A stretch of 64,000 bases of DNA. It comes from Schizosaccharomyces osmophilus. Lineage: Eukaryota. Below, piece by piece: positions 1 through 12,113 of the stretch. A program made the position numbers and the translations under genes. The stretch is from contig NC_079238.1 of assembly GCF_027921745.1 (NCBI RefSeq), forward strand, positions 868,001-932,000, given 5' to 3'. Each line of letters begins with the position of its first letter. Position 1 is the stretch's first letter. The notes beneath the pieces are model-generated. The model was not told the DNA's origin. It did no database searches and saw only the letters and a list, made by a program, of their open reading frames with translations.

Positions 1-341
1 TTTTATTTAAAAAACCTTTCTAGATGTTTTACAGCCTTTAAGAGAACTACTAAAACCAAATAAAAACTTTTCAGGGTTTTGTTTTTATGTTTATATTGAT
101 GTTTAGGTTTTTAGTAGCATATGCTTTAGGTAAAAGAAGCATAATGCTTCTAACAGTGTTCAAAGATATTTATTCGTATAACGAGTTTCGAGGACAATGG
201 GGTAGGACTATGCCGTCTCACAGAGAAAAGGTAAACGAGCATTTAGCAATCTGAGGTCGCGAAGAACCACCACAAACACGCGGCCATTTCTGATCGTAAA
301 CAAGAGCTTTGTAACAATTTGTTCTGGAAACGCGAAAAGAA

Positions 342-1611
342 ATGGTGAAAAACGTCCGTTCGTATCGACGTTCATCTACAACGAAACGTTCTGTGCTAGA
401 CGAAGACTCTGAACCAGAACTACCTAGCATGAGCAAAGAAGCACTGGAAACAAAGAATTCTGACGAGCCGGCTTCAGAAGATGAACCATTAATCAAACAC
501 GAAAAGCTAGAGAAAAACGCCGGAAAAGAGATTGTTGGTGTTGATGCAGAAGGAAAGAATGCCGACGAAGGAGACGACAAGAATGATGGTGAGGAAGATG
601 ACGAGGCGGAAGAAGAATATGTTGTTGAAAAAGTGCTGAAGCACCGTCTGGCTAGGGTATGCATCTTTTGATTTTGGGTTCATTACGTTACTAACATAGG
701 ATCCTTGCATGTTTTCGCCGTCTCATAGGGAAAACAAAGGATCTATGATAATAGAAAGGTGGAGGTTATGAATATCTATTAAAATGGGAAGGATATGACG
801 ATCCAAGTGATAATACTTGGAGTACAGAAGCAGACTGTGAGTATGTATCATCGTTGGAGGATATCTATCGAGTCGAGCGAGAGTCGTAGAAGCAAAGAAG
901 GTATCAGTATACTCGTATGACTTCTTTTTTTGTCGCCCGATGGATTCTCTTTGCTAATTCTGATTACGAAACTAACGCATAAATAGTGGCTGTAAAGATC
1001 TCGTAGTAACATATTGGGAGGAACGCGGTGGTCGTCCAGATGCCAGTTCCAAAAGAAAACGTCTTGGTCGAAGCCGTAAACCGGAAAGTAGAGAGACTTC
1101 CATCAAAAGCCAAAGGATTTCTGAGAGTGAACCTGCTAAACCCACTCTAGTTCCAGAAGAAGAGGAAGAAGAACATGAAGAGAGACAGGAATTTTCCTCG
1201 CCTTCGAAGACACCTAGTCCGGAGAAATATACCCATCAGGAAAAAGAATCTCCTCCCAAAAATGGTCGCGCAGAGCCCAAAGAAAATATTCCATCCGCAA
1301 AGGAACCGTCTCCCTCACCAAGGAAGGAGAAACTACCAAGCGCTAGCCCCAAGAAAGCTCATTCAAAGGTTCCTGTTCTTCCCGAAATGAAAGAGTTAAC
1401 CGCTCAGCAAGTAGAACGGTATGATACGTGGGAGGAGTTGGTAGCCAGCATAGATACAATTGAGCGAAAAGATGATGGGACACTCGAAATTTATTTAACT
1501 TGGAAGAACGGCGCTGTGTCTCATTATCCAAGCTCAATCACGAACAAGAAATGTCCTCAAAAAATGCTACAGTTTTATGAAAGCCACTTGACGTTTCGCG
1601 AAAACGAATGA
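342..1611 (+). CDS. swi6: HP1-family chromodomain/chromoshadow protein Swi6; exons 342-656, 755-840, 987-1611
   Basis: Spliced translation gives the chromodomain [49 protein letters not shown] and a C-terminal chromoshadow domain ([30 protein letters not shown]...[15 protein letters not shown]); GT-AG introns 657-754 and 841-986. Confidence 0.97.
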
Positions 1612-2199
1612 AAGGTGGCGCTTCACCAATGGAATGTATAGCTTCTTCGTGGACAAGCCCACAGGTTTTGTATATTCGGTAACCGTTGCTTAGAATTTTG
1701 GTTATATTTTTCCCTTCACGTTCATTAGTCTTTGTGCTTTCGTTCGCCCTTTTGAAGTCTCCGGTAATATCTTAATTGAAAAGAAAGCTTTTCAATAGCG
1801 CTCATTTAATGTTGTACAGGGCCCAATGTAGTTACAAAGAGGCGTAGGAAGGCAGTTTACTATGTAATCCCTTTAATACACCTTTATTTTTAACGCTTTT
1901 TTTGTGGATACTGTCGATTTGCTAGTAGTGACTCATTCCTATGAAAGTACTGCTAAAGGTAACGACTACTTTTAGTATTCTTTATCATTCATAAAATTAC
2001 ATGTTTTAGTTCAATTTGCTTGTTTACAAGGCCATCTACTTTCTTTGTTTACTAAAGGTGACTATTGTTTTTGATAAAAAGTTTGCGATGCCGTATATTT
2101 GTACTGCGTAAAACCTACTTTGTCCTTATCTCATACCCAGCTGTTTTTGAACATTATCTCGTAACTTGACATTTGCCATATTATTTACCTTTGTTTCAA

Positions 2200-3438
2200 A
2201 TGTCACTGGGAAAAAAGAAAGAAACAAACGCAATTCTTCTAAAGTCACTTTTGCGCGAACCAGCAAACAAAATATGTGCAGACTGTAAACGTAATGAGCA
2301 ACCACGATGGGCCAGCTGGTCTTTGGGGGTCTTCATTTGTATCAGGTAAGCATTCGTGGTCTTGTTTTGTATAAGCTCCCTTTATTTACAAATTTTTAGA
2401 TGCTCCGGTATCCATAGGAGTCTTGGTGTTCACATCAGTAGAGGTACGTAAGGACAAAGATGAAAAGCGTCGTTTGAAAGCATTCAACTAACAATATTTA
2501 AAGTGAAATCTGTAGATTTGGACGCTTGGACTGATGAGCAAACCGAAAATATGCGTCGGTGGGGAAATCAACGAGCAAACATGTAAGACTTGCTCCATAA
2601 AGAAATAACCTAACACGTCTTGTAGGTACTGGGAAGCAAAACTAGCAGATGACCACGTCCCCTCAGACAGGTAAGTTTGGTTGCGAATCCTCTAGTGAAT
2701 GGAGATGAGAGGAATCTTGATGTCCAACAATGCATGCTAGCTGGTTTCGCATTGGCAGAGATACATACTTACCACCTTTCTAGCAAAGTTGCAATCTTTA
2801 TTCGAACAAAATATGAATTACGAAAGTGGGTTTTAAGTCCTGAGATCCCTTCTCCCGAAACGCTGATTCCGTCTAAAAAATCAAACCCTTCCATTACTTC
2901 ACCAGAGCCGAAAGTAGTTAATAGATCTGTAGGTACCAGCATGCCCTCTATATCTAAGGAATCCTTGCATTATCCAAGCGAGGCCCCCATGGTAGATTTT
3001 ACTTCTGGGGCTAGCGCAGAGAATTATCGCTTGCCAAACCCCAGCGCTTCTACTGCAGCATCCACTCCGAATTTGACGTCTCTATCTGCTAATAGTTCGT
3101 CAAGTACTCAAGCTAATAGACAGAAAGACCTCAAATCTTCTATCCTCTCCTTATACGCTTCACCTCGTCCCGTATCCGCCATGAACTCACCGGTGTCTGC
3201 CTTTTCCAACATTCCGTCGACGCCCAGCTCGAATGTTCAAGGGTCACAACAATACGCTAGTCTTCAGTCACCTGTTTCCAGTACTTCTTTTGTCGCCGAA
3301 AAATGGAAGATGCCTCTTTTTGGCTCAACAAATGCTTATTCCTTTTCCCGGGAATCAGGTATGCAGTCTCAACCTCCTCGGAGGACCCAGTCTGCTATGG
3401 ATAACAGTATAATGAATACCCATGATGTGTGGAAGTAA
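2200..3438 (+). CDS. age1: ArfGAP (Age2/SMAP-like); exons 2200-2345, 2400-2443, 2504-2582, 2626-2670, 2784-3438
   Basis: Spliced N-terminus has the ArfGAP zinc finger [50 protein letters not shown]; Ser/Pro-rich tail with [10 protein letters not shown]; neighbour of swi6 as in S. pombe (symbol from recalled synteny). Confidence 0.9.
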
Positions 3439-4612
3439 TATGCACAAACGGTCATGAGGATTGTGCTATCTTTACGTTTCTATACTTCTGTATTTATTCT
3501 TTGCTGCTATTTTAGAAGGAACACAACAGGCACGCACGATTTTTACATTACCGAATTTATTGACACTCTTTGAGATGCCCTTTCTAAATAAAAAGTCATT
3601 TTCATGATAGTTTGATCGTTTTTAATACTTTTCTTGCCCAATTTTTGAGTCGTTGGTACAATGATCCACTTTGAAGCTCACTTATGTATACAAATTCGGC
3701 AAGAACCGCCTCATAATGGATCAAAAAAATAAATTAAAATATTTTATGAATTGAATTTCTGTTCTTTTTTACTATACTCTTTTTGCTAAGATGTTTATGC
3801 GCATGGGTAGAAAATCTTTATACTTGGCATCGTTCGAAAGAAAAGGCATATAGAGCTGCTGAAAACCCGGGATTTTATTTCTTTTCAGTAGATTGTAGTA
3901 GAACAGTGCCTTCTTTAAATAGGAGTATATCTTATTGAATTGGTTAACCTTGCTTATTGCAAGAATTTTGGGGTTCAATGTGTAGTAAGTAACTGCTACG
4001 TGCATAATTCATACGCTATAATCAATAAACGCAATGGGAATCTTGGTTGCTATAGTCGATTTACTCGGCTTTTCTAATAATGTTTCATATGAAACCAACT
4101 GTATTAACTCGCATTTTCCGTTGAAGAAATATTGTTTCATTAAGGTTTTCACAATAGTACGAGAATATCAATTACGGAAACAAGTCTACAATTGGTTTCT
4201 TGAAAGGATACTAGAAAACCGATCTTACTTCGTTTGACCGATTGGAAGTTCAAACTAGACATCTCGACTCTCAATGGCTTTGTTTTGAAAAATTTTCGTA
4301 TTTAGTTGCATACATTTCTATAGTAATTTTTACTGGTGATTTGCTCTTTGAATATCCGTTTAAGAATTTGTTTCCAAAGATTTGTTTACATTTGATAATA
4401 ATGAAATATCACAAGATAATATAGTGTGAAAGAATTAGAATAATAATCTTAACGAGATACCGACGATGACAACAGGCAATAGAAGGGTTAGGCATATTGT
4501 TACCTACTTTTAATTGATTTTCTGGCGAAGATAAAAGCGTAACTCGATTCTGTACATCACAACTAGGAGGAAAAGGATATTTCTTGAGCGAAAAAGGACA
4601 TCGATTCTACTA

Positions 4613-6045
4613 ATGATTTCGGTAAGTAATGAATTAAACTTAAGTACTAATGGTGAAAGGGTGTCTTCTTTTTCAACTTGAAAGGCGACAATATCATTTG
4701 CCGGACATATCGACATGACTTGAAGTATGTATAGCAATGGACTTGTTGTTCAAGTGAGCGAAACTAACAAAAGAAAAGGAGGCATGTAACTGATGTTATC
4801 CGTATTCATGTACTTGCGAATCCTGAATTACGGACTCCAATTGCAGCGTTTGGATCCACTAGTTATACCTATGTTAGACACGAAGATTTATATATTGTTA
4901 CGGTTGCAAAAGGAAATCCAAATGTAATTATATTACTGGAATTCTTAGAGCGTTTAGTTGAGGTACTGTCTCGATATTTTGACAAGGTTAATGAAAGTAC
5001 CATTAAGGAAAATTTTGCGTTTATTTACGAATTGCTGGATGAAATGGTTGATTTTGGAATTGTGCAAATGACAGAACCCCATGCACTTGCTCGGACTTTG
5101 ACTATTAGCCCGACGAAAAAGAAAGAATCCTCCATTTTATCAATGAAACGCTCTACCTCTTCCCAAACCGTCACTAGTCATCCAATTGACCAATCCAAGT
5201 CTGTACCCTGGAGAAGAGCAGGTATAAAGTATCGTAGTAACACAATATATCTCGACGTCGTGGAGCGATTAAACCTTCTAATTAGCTCTACAGGTAATAC
5301 TTTACGATCCGACATTTCTGGGTCTGTGCATATGCGAGCTTTATTATCAGGGATGCCGGAGTGCCAATTTGGCCTTAGCGATAAACTTGACTATAAACTG
5401 AAGTATAACGACAATCGACAAAAATCTTTGCGTTCACAGGATGATTCCACAACTTCTGAAGGTATCACGCTAGAAGACTGCCAATTTCATCAGTGCGTGA
5501 GGCTTCCGGAATTCGAAAATGAACGCAAGATATCTTTTATCCCTCCGGATGGTGAGGTTGAACTTATGAGTTATCGCTGCCATGAAAATATCCATGTGCC
5601 TTTTCGTATACATCCAATTGTTGAACAATTGTCGAAACAAAAATTAATCTACAGGATTAGCATCCGCTCGAGCTATCCTCACAAGCTTTCTACGTCTCTT
5701 AATCTTCGAATACCTGTTCCGGAAAACGTAGTAAAAGCAAACCCTAGAGTCAATCGAGGGAAATCTGGCTATAAGCCTTCAGAAAACATAATCGGCTGGA
5801 ATATTCCTTACTATTTGGGGGAGATGGATCTAATCTTTTATGCTGAAGTCGAGTTATCAAACACTACTAACCAGCAACATTGGTCTCGTCCTCCCATTTC
5901 TCTTGACTTCAATATCCAAATGCTCGCCAGCTCAGGATTAAAAGTACAATACTTGCATGTGCAAGAACCATCTAATAATAAATACAAAAGCATTAAATGG
6001 GTTCGCTACGCGACACGTGCAGGCACCTGCGAAATTCGGTTTTAG
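4613..6045 (+). CDS. apm4: AP-2 adaptor complex mu subunit; exons 4613-4621, 4660-4724, 4779-6045
   Basis: MISGVFFFNLKGD start after splicing; YELLDEMVDFG, VPWRRAGIKY, LSGMPECQFGL, DCQFHQCVRL, ISFIPPDGE and IKWVRY mu-adaptin motifs. Confidence 0.95.
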
Positions 6046-6262
6046 TTTTAAAGGATAATTTCTATGTTCATATCAAGTGATTGAGATAATCATTTCATGT
6101 TCAGTTCGTTTTATCATTTCTACTGTTAGGCATAGCACTATCACAAAGACAAGAGTCTACATTGATTATTAACCGTAATACTCTAAAAATTAAGGAATAA
6201 AGGAAATGCTAGGTTGTGCCGAATGAGAGAAGGGAAGAAGACATGACAAAAGATAGACTTTT

Positions 6263-6748
6263 TCAATGCATATTTTTTAATAAACGAGATATCTTTTGCT
6301 GAGAAGTGGAGAAATTTGCATTCTTCAGCTTATCCAGCTCTTCATTGACACCTTTCATGTCAGCTTTTTCCAAAATCTTGGGATATCTGCTCAAAGTTTG
6401 AGCACTCGTGCCATCTGGCAAAGCATCACCAGCTTGCCATTGTCGTAAATCTTCTGGAAGTTCTGGGTAGATAAATGGTTCTTCCATTTCGACAATTGCG
6501 CGTTTGGTAGCTTGCTCTCTTCTGACTCGACCGTATTCATTCCGGTAAAGATTTCCTTGGTAAATGTTGGTTTTCACCGAAAGAACTTTGAGGTTATAAA
6601 CATGCAATAAATAATCTCGAACATCAAATTTATTCACATTCAAAGGAACACGAAATGCAGCAAAGTTTGGCGGTAAATTCAGTCCTCGGTAGAGAATAAA
6701 CGGTATATTAGGAAAATACACCAAACGCTTTCCGGCTACTTTACTCAT
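6263..6748 (-). CDS. mrp20: mitochondrial ribosomal protein uL23m
   Basis: VYFPN, AAFRVPLNVNKFDVRDYLLHVYNLKV and KRAIVEMEEPF L23 motifs. Confidence 0.9.
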   Translation of the reverse strand: MSKVAGKRLVYFPNIPFILYRGLNLPPNFAAFRVPLNVNKFDVRDYLLHVYNLKVLSVKTNIYQGNLYRNEYGRVRREQATKRAIVEMEEPFIYPELPEDLRQWQAGDALPDGTSAQTLSRYPKILEKADMKGVNEELDKLKNANFSTSQQKISRLLKNMH

Positions 6749-7505
6749 CTTGTTGTATCAAGTAAAGTAAATAAAAAATTGAACAGCCTTACACCCTTGT
6801 TTATTACACGCAAAAAGGACACGAATCAGGATCCTGTCTTGACAACCAAAATCGGCTTCTAGGAATAGATTAATGCAAAAAAATTTGTCAATTAAAGAAT
6901 CTTTCCTATTAAAGCCTTATAAAGATAAAAAATACCGGACAATGGAGATTTTGACTATCCTGTCAAATTAAGGAGGATTGTAAGTAGGTAGGAAAGACTG
7001 ACCCAGCTACTAACCAAGGTACAAGTATCTCAAGTTGGACGATCAGGAAATAGAAGAAAAGATACTCTTTATAATTCTTTCTTTGGATTCTCTTTTTGTA
7101 AAGCAAAACATGAAATATGGAGGAAGCAACCGCGGTGATACACACAAGTTTTGGTCTTTTATAGAAAAAAGAAGCCATATCCTTCCGATCTCGTGTGATT
7201 TTTGTTTTTACTGTCTTAAGAAAATAACAAAAGAAAGAAAAGTAAACGGATTTTAGGAAATTCATCTTAAAAACAAATCCTTTTTGTTAAAAATTATTGT
7301 TTACTAAGCCGAATCATTTTGTACCACACTAAAACATATATCGATTATGAATGTACTGTATGACTATTCTACACCACTACGTTAACGTTCGATATGTATG
7401 TTTTCTACACAAAATTATTTGTCGTTGCCACTCCTAATCCGCGACTCTGTAAATAGTAAGACGCGCAAACTTCTACCTACAACTAAACACTTTGTCCTTT
7501 GCTCA

Positions 7506-10296
7506 ATGTCTGGATTGCAGGCAGTTGACGAGGTAGATATTGCAGGTTCTTTGGCGCCAAAGAACCCCAAGTCTGATGGCTTTGGCACAGGAATTGCAGA
7601 CACTTCGGTAGTTTCCGAAGACGCCAACAATGAACCAGAAAATGAAGAGGACGATGAAGCATTCATTGCTTCAAACATTTTAAAATCAAATAGAAAAACA
7701 AAAGGAAAGAAGCTTGGTGGCAAAGCTTCCAACTTTCAAGCGATGGGTAAGAAGAGTGAAGGTAGAGATGGTTTTCTCGCAATGGCCAGTGCGCTATCTG
7801 CTTTTTCTCTCATTGCAGTCATCATCATTATGCAAGTAGAAACTTGTATTAATATGGAATGAAAAGATTGAAACAACCTGGTTATTGCTCATGTCCATCC
7901 ATCCACCGATTCTCTTAATTCCTTCAGTAACTAACAGAGGTCTAGGTTTGAGTCCAAATGTCGTTCGTGCTATTTTAAAAAAAGGCTTTAAGGTTCCCAC
8001 CCCTATTCAAAGGAAGACAATTCCTTTGGTTTTGGAAGGACGCGACGTAGTCGGTATGGCTCGTACTGGTTCGGGTAAAACAGCCGCTTTTGTAATTCCC
8101 ATGATTGAACGTCTCAAGTCTACCTTGGCACAATCAGGTACCAGAGCCATAATTTTGTCTCCAAGTCGTGAACTTGCCTTGCAAACAATGCGAGTTGTTA
8201 AAGATTTCAACAAAGGTACTGACCTTCGGGTTGCCGCAATCGTTGGTGGTGTTAGTCTTGAAGAACAGTTTAGTATTATGACCTCGAAGCCAGACATCAT
8301 CATTGCTACTCCCGGTCGATTTATGCATCTTAAAGTTGAAATGAAGCTTGAGCTCAATGTAGTCGAGTATGTAGTATTTGATGAGGCTGATCGTCTTTTT
8401 GAAATGGGTTTTGCCGCTCAACTTACTGAAATTTTGCACGATTTGCCCTCTTCTCGTCAAACTCTTCTATTCTCTGCTACTTTACCTCGTACTCTTGTTG
8501 ATTTCGCAAAGGCCGGTCTTCAAGATCCCGTCTTGGTGCGTTTAGACGTTGAATCGAAAGTTTCTTCTGACCTTCAAAGCGCCTTTTTTTCCGTCAAAAC
8601 CGCTGAAAGGGAAGCTGCTTTACTATACATTATACAAGACGTTATCAAGTTAACCCTCAAACGTGATATAAAACCCGTGGTTTCTATGAACTCTGAAAAT
8701 CCTAGAAAGCGTAAGAGAATTATGGAAGCTGTCAGTCAAGGAAGATTTTCTGGCTCTTCTGATGCTACCCTTGTGTTTGTACCCACCAAACACCACGTTG
8801 AATATATTTCTAATCTACTTATCCTTGCCGGTTATTCAGTATCTACCATTTACGGCTCACTGGATCAGGATGCCCGTACGAATCAAATTAACAACTTTCG
8901 ACTTGGTTACACTAATGTACTTGTTGTGACCGATGTGGCTGCTCGTGGTATTGATATACCGCTTTTAGCTAATGTTGTTAACTACGACTTTCCTCCTCAG
9001 CCGAAAGTTTTCGTTCATCGTGTCGGTCGTACTGCTCGTGCTGGCCGTACCGGTTGGGCTTATACCCTGGTCCGTTCCGAAGACGCTGGTTATTTTATGG
9101 ATTTACAATTTTTTTTAAACAGGGAAATTGTCACCACTAATAAGAAAGTGAAAACCGCAGATGATTGTGACTTTACCAAGCAATTGGTTTTGGGAAGTCT
9201 ACCAATGGCGTCTGTCTCCGAATTATTTGAATGGGTTCAACGAGTCCTTGTTGAAGACGTTGAAATTGAGCAATTATTTAAAGTAGCTGCTCGTGGTGAA
9301 AAATTATATTTTCGTACAAGGCCAGCATGCAGTCCTGAGAGTGCTAAGCGGGCAAAGGAACTAGTAAATACTAGCGGTTGGAAATTAGTAAACCCCTTGC
9401 TCGGTAATTCAACGAATATTGAGGCAGATTCGCAATTTAGTGACCTATTGGCAAAGGTTTCTTCATTCCGCCCTTCCGAAACTATTTTTGAGATTGGTCA
9501 ACGTGGACAACATCGCTCTGATGCTGGTGAGATTATGCGCCAACGAAGGAGTAAGATTAAACCGAAAGGTCCCCAACACACTACCATTGATAATGATGTA
9601 CTAGATGATGGGGAAGTTCCTACGATTACAAACGATGAGCCAGGACTGTCTGAAGCAGAGCTTGAAAACACTTTCAAAACCCCTCAGAGTTTGAAAAAAC
9701 AACAGAAGGACTCTCGTGATTTTCGCGATAGAGAGTACTACATGTCTCACTACGCACCGAAAGAAAATATACAAGAAAGTGGATATGCCGTTAATTCTGG
9801 AGAGAACTTTTCATTGGCAGCTCGCCACGCTGTTTTAGATTTAACCAATGATGATGGATTCAGTCAAACGAACAGTGGTGGGCAACGCTGGGATCCCAAG
9901 AAAAAGAAGTTTGTTAATACCCGTAATGATGAAGACGGTTCTAGAGGTGTTAAAATCATTCGTGGTGAGAGTGGTGTGAAATTACCAGCTACATACCGTA
10001 GTGGTAGATTTGAGGCTTGGAAGTCTAATAAAGCACAGGGCAATAATAGTTCCATGCCATTAAATGACAATGGTAATAAACAATTCAAGCATAAACAGGT
10101 TAAAGCACCGAAAGCCGCTGACAGATATCGTGATGATTACAGAGTTCGAAAGACCAGAGTCAAGGAAGCCAAAGAAAAGGGTATTGGTGTTACAGTTGGC
10201 AATGAACTTAAGTCAGCTCCCCAAATCCGGAAGGAACGTGAACTCAAAGAAAAGAGGAAAGCTAAGACTGCTCGTCCCTCCAAAAAACGCCGTTAA
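7506..10296 (+). CDS. dbp10: DEAD-box RNA helicase Dbp10/DDX54; exons 7506-7746, 7946-10296
   Basis: Q motif (NFQAMG|L..GFKVPTPIQ), ARTGSGKT, DEAD, SAT, HRVGRTARAGR; Dbp10 C-terminal WDPKKKKFV...ESGVKLPATYRSGRF. Confidence 0.97.
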
Positions 10297-10514
10297 AAAA
10301 AATGGGTTTGTTTTGATAATTTTTGGATGGTTTTAATTATTTAATTGTTACAAAATATGTACTTTATGGGTAAAAACAGGACGTATTGGTAAATAGGGAA
10401 ACTTGGATGATGAATAAATTGATATCAGCATTAAATGTTATTAAAATGTAGCTGTTTGTAAAGAAGGGAGAATGTGATTACAAAGGTTTTGTTGAATATT
10501 TCCCAGGGGACAGG

Positions 10515-12113
10515 TTAATTGCCTCTACTCTTAGATACTTGAATATACTTATGAACTGAAGGGTATGAGTTGTCGTTTTGAAATGAGATCAAATCAAGAC
10601 ACCTCGACAAGTAAACCGCAATATTTTTTGAGGCGAATAATTCGGGAGATTGGAAAACCATATCCTCAAATACATTCGATAAAGCATAAATTGCGGCTCG
10701 TTCATTTTTACTTTCAGCCACTAACCGAAAGATATGACAGTACATATCCTCGTCTAGCAAAATTCCAATGTTTGTTAGTTTACTCCAGCGAAGCCATACA
10801 TCTTTCCAGCGATTGTATTTAGCAAAAATGTTAAGGATTAACATATATGACTTCACGGTCATAGTTATACCGTGACGGTACATAAGCTGTTCAGTTTTGT
10901 AGATGCGAGGATCGAGGTATTGGAAATCATTCGTCTCTACCATGCATGAACATAAAAGACACTTGGATAAAATCCTTCTCAAAGCAATAATGTCAATGGG
11001 GGTAGCTTTCTGAATAGACGTATAAAATGAGGTTAAATGGTGAATCCTATGACTGACAAGCTTTCTTGACAATTTCAACGAATTTATAGATGGAGGGGCC
11101 GAAACGGCTACAGCGGTTAACAAAGTATTTACATCTTGTAGAGAAATGTCAGAAGGTGACGAATCTAAGAGGCTTTTCACATGAATAGAAAAGGATTCCA
11201 AAGAAAAAGAGTGATCGTTTGTAAGATACATCCTTCTCGCCTCTTCAAATGGATCCGACGAGTTTGTGAAAGAAGCATCTTTTTCACCAGTTGAGTCGTT
11301 ACGAATACAAGATGTATGAAACTGCCTTTTATCCCTTGAAGTAATGCGGTGCTCAGACATAAAATTTTTCTTGCTTCCTGGGCGGCGGAAGGACGCCGAA
11401 GAGGACTCTTCGCTCTCTCGATTTTCAGATAAAATCTGCTGCAAATCTTGATCGATGCTTTCTAGTTGATAGAACTCTCGTGCTTCTTTTGTAAATAGAT
11501 GGATAATCACATTATAGTTTTCAGGATGAATACATGCCCAATTTGTTTTTTGAGAAGACATCTTGTTGTGCCAAGATTCAGGACGTTTTAACGCTCTGCG
11601 GTCCATGATTCTTTGTCGTGATAAATTGGGAAGGCCTTGAACTTGAACAGCGCCAATTCTTAAGTCTTTTAGTTTATGGGTAATGCCACGTGTTACGGAT
11701 ATAACATGAGCATCGTCATTACATGTACCAAGAAGCATCAAGTCTGAAGTGCTCCATGGTTGATCAGCGTTAGGACGTATAAACTTCAAGTCAGAGACTA
11801 GATACCTCTGGGATAAGGTGTCTAAAACGTCCTGCAAAAATTGTGGAGCTGCTTCTGGTAAAGGTGGCACTTCCGCTGTATATACATTCCTTTTCGGAAA
11901 TGTTCTCTCTGCGTACTCCACGTACCAAGGCCGGATAACCTCTTCTTGTGATTTTTCTAACTCTGAAGGTTTTGTGTCTAAAGCTGAATCTTCTTGAGGC
12001 TCAGTGTCCGATTTTAAAGAGAAAAACCGATAGGGTAGACGCCGGACAGAATAACCATGTGTTCGACACGCAAACTGCGACGAAATGCGAAACCATGATG
12101 GGAAACTTTTCAT
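10515..12113 (-). CDS. atp25: mitochondrial ATP synthase expression protein Atp25 (RsfS-like N-half)
   Basis: 532-aa ORF with a basic presequence, PWYV motif and RsfS/iojap-like W..I....IHLFTKEAREFYQLE; position between dbp10 and mis4 matches recalled S. pombe order. Confidence 0.8.
   Translation of the reverse strand: MKSFPSWFRISSQFACRTHGYSVRRLPYRFFSLKSDTEPQEDSALDTKPSELEKSQEEVIRPWYVEYAERTFPKRNVYTAEVPPLPEAAPQFLQDVLDTLSQRYLVSDLKFIRPNADQPWSTSDLMLLGTCNDDAHVISVTRGITHKLKDLRIGAVQVQGLPNLSRQRIMDRRALKRPESWHNKMSSQKTNWACIHPENYNVIIHLFTKEAREFYQLESIDQDLQQILSENRESEESSSASFRRPGSKKNFMSEHRITSRDKRQFHTSCIRNDSTGEKDASFTNSSDPFEEARRMYLTNDHSFSLESFSIHVKSLLDSSPSDISLQDVNTLLTAVAVSAPPSINSLKLSRKLVSHRIHHLTSFYTSIQKATPIDIIALRRILSKCLLCSCMVETNDFQYLDPRIYKTEQLMYRHGITMTVKSYMLILNIFAKYNRWKDVWLRWSKLTNIGILLDEDMYCHIFRLVAESKNERAAIYALSNVFEDMVFQSPELFASKNIAVYLSRCLDLISFQNDNSYPSVHKYIQVSKSRGN

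Noticed and set aside
218..664. 148-aa Ser/Phe-rich antisense ORF over swi6 exon 1
   Set aside because: Reverse complement of acidic GAA/GAT-rich codons.
3772..4424. Short ORFs between the ArfGAP and apm4
   Set aside because: AT-rich, no motifs or coding-like bias.
7398..7505. Upstream in-frame ATG for dbp10
   Set aside because: The extension is not Dbp10-like and looks like promoter or UTR; ATG 7506 is preferred, though a longer form is not excluded.
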